Below, in pieces: positions 58,330 through 64,000 of a DNA stretch of 64,000 nt (the first letter of the stretch is position 1; each line of letters opens with the position of its first letter). The position numbers and the translations under genes were made by a program. This DNA comes from the human T2T-CHM13v2.0 reference genome, Homo sapiens. The stretch is taken from the NCBI RefSeq assembly GCF_009914755.1, contig NC_060931.1. One strand, 5' to 3'. A model generated the notes under the pieces. It made no database searches and was not told the origin of the DNA. It was given only the letters and a program-made list of their open reading frames with translations.

Positions 58330-59828
58330 AAAAAGGCTCACTCCCTTCTTTGGTCAACTAAAATTCATGTAAGCCAAAAATTTTCATCCACGTCATTTGA
58401 CACTCTGGAAAATATCCATGTTGTTTATTCAGTTTTTAGGTATTGTACAGCTTTACAAGTCTATTGATTGTGTTATTTAAATCACAAGCTATCTTCTAAA
58501 GTTTTATATAAAATCCAACTAGAATATCACAATTCTCATTTATGAATACATATACTTTTTACTCCTAATTTTTGAACTTGTGAGATTTATCATTTTTACT
58601 TGAGTTGTTGACAAGATTAACTGAAACACTAGATGGAAAAATAATGTAGGAACAGTAAACTTATAAATAGTAGCAGTAGCAGCAGTGTTGTATCTTTGAT
58701 ATGTTTGAGTAAGTATTGAGATTGTGTGTATATGTGAAGTGGAACTTCACAAAGAGATGGAAAGTAAGAGTCATGGTTTCAGGCAAGAAATCATAGTATT
58801 TTCAACCATAGTAATTGCATTATGACAATTCTATATTACATGTTATCTACATTGTTTAAGATCATGATAAAGACATACACATTTGTTAGGCAGTTATCTT
58901 TATCTTTTGACCCATCCTTCTTTGTAGTTTACTTTTTTTCTCTTCCACTAGCCATATACATCTTTTGATGCATGAAAGTATGAAAATCTGAAAGAAAGAA
59001 ATAATGTTTGAGAAAGTCAGTCAGTTGCTGTCCAAACAAATATTTAAAAAATTGCTTCCCCCTTGCTGCCTGTTGTCTGTTGTCCCTGTCCTACCTAAGT
59101 AACTTGACCAAAAAAGGAACAAAACAAAACACAAAATGTACTTTTAAGTGTTGGAAGAAAGTGTGCTGAGGTTCTTATCTAGATATTAAGCCTAAATAAA
59201 CAGAGTCACATTCTCTGAATTCTAAAGCCTTGATTCAGTTCAATAAGCATCTATTAACTTGGCTGAGGAGAGAAGGATAAAGGAAGCCACATTCTTCATA
59301 TCAATTACCTATGCATCTAGATGAGGGAAACTTGGTTAATAGACAACAAGGCTATTGCAGCTTAGAATACTTGTCCATCTCAAGACAGTACAGTAAAGTA
59401 CAGTACTCAAGACAGTAAGAAGGCTAGTGCCAACTTATCTTTTTTATTTACCAGAAAAATTAAAAGATTTTTTAGAAACATGCTATAGTTCTCCAATTCT
59501 GCCCCTCTGATTAGGAATTCATCACATGCCCCCTTATAACAGCAAAGGAAAAGAAAATAATTTCTGGTTGAGCTCATTGCCCTCCAGGGCAAAAATCTGT
59601 GTTTTGTTAATAACGAAAAATGAAAGAATGGATTGTTAGACTAGAGTTTCTCCCAAGCATCCCAAGAAATTACTTGTTTGCTGCTGATGTCCCATAAGAA
59701 ATTCAAATGGGTATTTTCAGAATAAGAGACAATGTGTTCTCCATGAGACCAACTTTCAACATTATTTACTAGATATTGTTATACTAGCTGCTAGAAAAGC
59801 ACGTTTTGTTGATTTGTTTGTTTTAACT

Positions 59829-62800
59829 CCAAGACAGTGGACCAGAGGCTTTGTTAGCATGTCTTACCTGCTTAGAAAGAGCAAAACAGTGTGTAGAGAT
59901 TCACACTGTGAACATTTATCTAAGAAGCAACACAGAGATTCAACAGAAACCTGAAAGAAACAACAGACACTTTGAAAGAAATGATGGGCAGCAGTGAGCC
60001 AGGCAGAAAACTTTCTGTCCAGAGCATGAAACGAGGAGAGACTGCCTCTGCGATGCTCACTCTCATCTGGGAGGTGGGCAGTCCAGGTCACAGGGGAGCT
60101 CCTCAACCCTACCCAGCACTGGAGCGTATTTGGTGAGCAGTCGGGAACACATGAGAAGGAGCTGCATCAGAAAATGCTTTGTATGCACTCCCAGACCCCA
60201 GTGGGGAAAGAGGGAAGCCATTCCTGACCTTGCAGAAGTCAGCCAGCTCACTCAGGTGGCAGTCACAGACAGAAGCTCCCAATTGACATTTGTAATCTAA
60301 TCTCAGGTGAAGGTAAATCCCATTGGCCAGAACTAAGGAGTGAGTGAAAAGTGTGCTCTTATCATGGGTACAGGAGCTGGGAGCTCCTGCTTTCCAGGCA
60401 AACCAGGAGCGGCTTGGCCTAAAAGCCATGGTTTTTACCGCGGGTGGGAAGGCTTGTGGTCCGAGGCAGTTTTGCATCCTGAGAACAGGCTGCTTGGGAT
60501 CCAGTTAGCTCTTGCCAGCAGAATACTGCAGGTGTGAGACCTACCTTGTAGAGGGAGTGGGAGCTGGGTGGGTCTTATTGCCATCTGATACCCTCTCTCC
60601 CATTTCTGTGCAACAGAGGTAGCTTGCTCCTCTCTGGAACATTACCCCAGCAGCCAGAGAACCTCCCTCCGATCCTCACTGTGGCTACTGCTTGCACCCA
60701 CACGTAAGGAGCCAGAGCATAAACTTTCTTGACCCAGGCTTCACCTGGTCAAGATGGACAGAGATCTTGGTAGGTCCATGGCCCTTCCCAATTGCCTGAG
60801 ACACATGAGTACTTCCCCTGGGTAACATAAGCCAAGCACAAATCCAACAGCCACCACGACAGCTGGCTCTTTCCTGCAAGTGCCACTTTATGGCTAAAGG
60901 CCAACCAGCACAACCCATTACTGCATCTGCTGGCACAACAACACAGTATCCAGGAAGCCAAAAACTTTTGGACAACCTGTGCTAACACCATTGCCTACAT
61001 CACCCTGGCTAATCAGAAGGTCTTGAGTCTGTCCATGTGCCCAGTACATTAATACTACAGCTGATATTTGAGAAAACCACCACAATAAAGCCATTTATAA
61101 TGAAGAAAATCATAGAGTTAATATCATCACTCTGCCACCCCCATCGGAGCTAGTGCTTGCACTGACTGCGAGGAAACCAGAGGACAGGAAAACTTGATCC
61201 AGCTCCACCCAACATTGCCTCTCTCTGGAGCTAAGCGCAGAACCCAGCCACTGCACACCCTGCAAACCAGTCCACAACCTGAGGCAGCAGAGAGCTTCCC
61301 CAGTTGACTAACAAGAGATGCTAGTGACCAATTCTTCTCAGAAGGCAGAATCAAATTACTGGTGAATAATCAGAGTCCAAATGAATTGGTAAAGGGAGAG
61401 TGCTAGACTCTATAGGAAAGTTCACTGGAAGAATCTACAACAAACACATATACAAAGGAAGTAACAAGCTCACAGGGATCGAACAGAAATCACACCCTGA
61501 AAAACTTAGTAATCCATGGAAAGGATAGGTGAGAGTGCTCTTGACCTCTCTAGCTCTTGCAGTAGACTACTGATATATGAGCTCAAGGAGAGCTTCTTTG
61601 CTTTTGTGAGCAGAATTACAGTGGGCTATAATTTGGGGACTTTCTGAGGGCATTACCTTTGTTTACACAATGCTTTTTCCCTTTCCCTCTGAATCTAAGC
61701 TGTAATAGCATATACCATACTGAATGCACTCTCACTGAGGGACCTTGTTCTATTTAAGGACATTCAACACTTGTACCTTAATAACATTGGATCCCTTGTA
61801 GATATTCCCCAGCACCACCTGGAATGTGGAAGCCCTACCAGGCACCTAGACTCAGAAGAGCAGCAGCATTCACAGTAGTCTGGCCCTCAGGGACCACCAT
61901 TCCTAGGAGAAGTGGGAGTGCACCACATCAAGGGAGCACCCTGTGGCACAAAAGAAACCAGAGTACAGGACTTGAGTCCCAGAACTTTCTGCTTGTGGGA
62001 AGTTTCTTTCAGCAGAGTCACAAGTGTAGTGCTGGTCTCGGTGAGGAAGGACTGCAGTTCTACGCAGTAGTTGGGCAGCCCAAATACTCATGAAGAAATT
62101 TGGAGGAGACTTTATCTCCTCCTTACCACCACTGCGTACACAGCTGCGGTTTCTCCCACAGGAACTCGGCATGGGTCCGCCCATACGTAGCCTTTCCGGA
62201 GCACTTAGAGGTGACTGCATCCCCACAACATGAGTGCCCTCCAAGCTCAGGCTTGTATGAGGAGTACAGTAACAATCTCGCTCTACAAGGAACATCAGCA
62301 TTCCTGAATCTGGAAAGAGGCACCTATCTGATATGAATAGCCAGAACAATGAGACAAGTGCATAATGTGGAGGCAGACAGCTTTCTTACTGTTCTGAAAG
62401 AGGAGAGGAGGTGGCTTTCTCCCTTCCCCTCAAAAAGACCTGAATGTATTTCAATGAGTGCTCCCCCAACCACCACTGTCAAGGCTGTGAACTTTTCCCA
62501 CCATTGAGGTATTGAATATATCCACCTACTTCAGCCACAACAAAATTTTAGCCTTGGCCACCTCCTACTAAACCACGGACCGGTTTCCAGTTTAGTTTTC
62601 ACCAGGTTGATGCCAAACTCGTTAACCCGGTGAAAACTAAACTAGAAAAAAATTTTAAAAGTGTACACCACTGGGAGATAAGATAAGCTTCATGATACCT
62701 CTGCCTTTCCAGCCCCACAAGAGACAGTGAGCCTGTTCACACACCAAGGACATTGTTAATACAACCAGCATCAGAGAAAGCCATCACAAAATGATTATCT

Positions 62801-63477
62801 ATAACCAAGGAATTAATACAGAGTCTCTACCATGGAAAGCATTCAGAGCCAAAGCTAGGTCAACATAAACTGTACATTAAAGTCACATCTTCAAAGGAAA
62901 AAATATTTTTAAAGAAACCCAGTCAAATCAAAAATAAAGTTAAAAAAATAAGAAATAGTCTACTCAAATAAGAAGTAACCAGCAATATGAAAAATCAGCA
63001 ATATGAAAAATCAGAACTTCTGGAAATGAAAGATACATTTTGGGGATTACAAAATATAGTGGAAAATTTTAACAGTACAGTAAACCAAGTAGAAGAAATA
63101 ATTCCAAAGCTTGAAGACAAGGCTTTCAGATTAACCTGATCAGACTAAAATAAAGAGAAAAGAATTAAAAGAAGTGAACAAAGTGTACAAAAAATGTGAG
63201 ACTATGTAAAATGTCCAAACCTAAGAATCATAGGTCTTCCTGAAGGAGAAGATAAAGCAAAATGTCTGCACAACCTATTTCAGAAAATAAGAAAAAGTTA
63301 TTTGGTCTTGCTAGAAATTCAGACATGCAAATACAAGAAACTCAAAGAACTCCGAGGAAATTCATTGCACAAATGACATCACCAAAGCATATATCATCAG
63401 GTTATCTAAAGTCAATGTGAAGGAATGAATTATAAGAGCAGTGAGGAAAACCACCAGATAACTTACAAAAGAAGCTC
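59829..63477 (+). mobile_element. Old LINE-1 5' end (L1PB/L1M1-like): ~3.1 kb 5'UTR plus deleted, decayed ORF1
   Basis: 5' start 'ccaagacagtggaccagaggc...gtgtgtagagattcacactgtgaac'; ORF1 region 63014-63477 reads like ELLEMKDTF.ELQN..., DYVKCPNLRIIGLPEGE..., IQETQRTPRKFIAQMTSPKHISSGYLKS (with frameshifts). Confidence 0.8.
62584..62648. repeat. Inverted repeat: 29-bp arms, 7-nt loop
   Basis: tttccagtttagttttcaccaggttgatg / ccaaact / cgttaacccggtgaaaactaaactagaaa; 25/29 Watson-Crick pairs. Confidence 0.92.
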
Positions 63478-63973
63478 AGTTGGAAGTAAATGCTCAGTGC
63501 CGCAAAATGAAACCTGCCCTCAGGCAAAAGTTCTTTTTCAGAAAGGCAATTTACTTCTGCAGAATGGTGCTGCCTGTGTCAATCATGATAACAAGAGCAC
63601 ACTGAACAAAGGAGGGAAGGGGTTTTTATTTCTGAGGTGTAGTTCCTACATCTGTGTTACTCCCCCATGGGCTGGTGTTAAACCGCACAGTCTAAGCTGA
63701 CCCAATTGGCTATTTGCGAATATTTTACCCAAATAAGGAAGTGGGAAAGGGAAAGTGAGTTACAGTGGTTGGATGTGCAGTTTTGGTGGGAGGAATGGGT
63801 ACAGAGTGAATAACCAAGGTAACAGATGTGAGTTATTGATTAGCACTGATGAGAAGGTTGTTTATAGTAACTAGGGGCAAGGAGGCACGGAGAACAAGAA
63901 AGTTAGGTTTGAGAACAAAGAACAAGGAATTAACAGGATGAACCTTTGAAGAGGAATTTTATTGTATCCTAGA
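63478..63973 (-). mobile_element. LTR10-family LTR (LTR10E/G-like, HERV-I group), probable 3' LTR
   Basis: Minus strand starts t(c)taggatacaataaaattcctcttcaaagg and ends gcggcactgagcatttacttccaac; immediately preceded on minus by a polypurine tract AGAAGGGGGGAAT (63974-63986). Confidence 0.8.
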
Positions 63974-64000
63974 ATTCCCCCCTTCTAATTTTTATAGTTC

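Noticed and set aside
59864-62349. Cluster of longer ORFs (up to 148 aa) as a novel gene
   Set aside because: Overlapping ORFs on both strands of a GC-richer L1 5'UTR with no recognisable domains; expected from lower stop-codon frequency.
63478-63973. p53 response element in LTR10
   Set aside because: Some LTR10 subfamilies carry p53 sites, but I found no paired RRRCWWGYYY here.

Overview
AT-rich, gene-poor DNA from a catarrhine primate, probably human or ape (inferred from AluY, L1PA5/6, the HERV-W LTR17 and MER11). I can support no protein-coding gene, RNA gene, CRISPR array or CpG island; the ORF track consists of decayed L1 ORF1/ORF2 pieces, Alu/LTR read-throughs and chance ORFs. The window is mainly a layered record of transposon insertions. 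From left to right: a near-full-length L1PA6-like element (852-5869, minus; ~1.1 kb microhomology-flanked ORF2 deletion) inside an old HAL1-like element, a Charlie-type hAT fossil, a solo LTR17, a two-LTR MSTB MaLR, a MER41C-like LTR with a GAS motif inside an L1M fragment, a truncated L1PA5, several Alus (one nested in another, one reduced to ~45 nt plus tail), MLT1D, Tigger2a, a solo MER11 LTR, and an L1PB-type 5' end/ORF1 cut by an LTR10 that looks like the 3' LTR of a provirus continuing past the window. I see no convincing new biological system. The most unexplained signals are a 29-bp fold-back hairpin (62584-62648) and a nearby CpG-retaining patch (62039-62280), both in the old L1 5'UTR. 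Subfamily names come from recalled consensus sequences and should be checked with RepeatMasker/Dfam.
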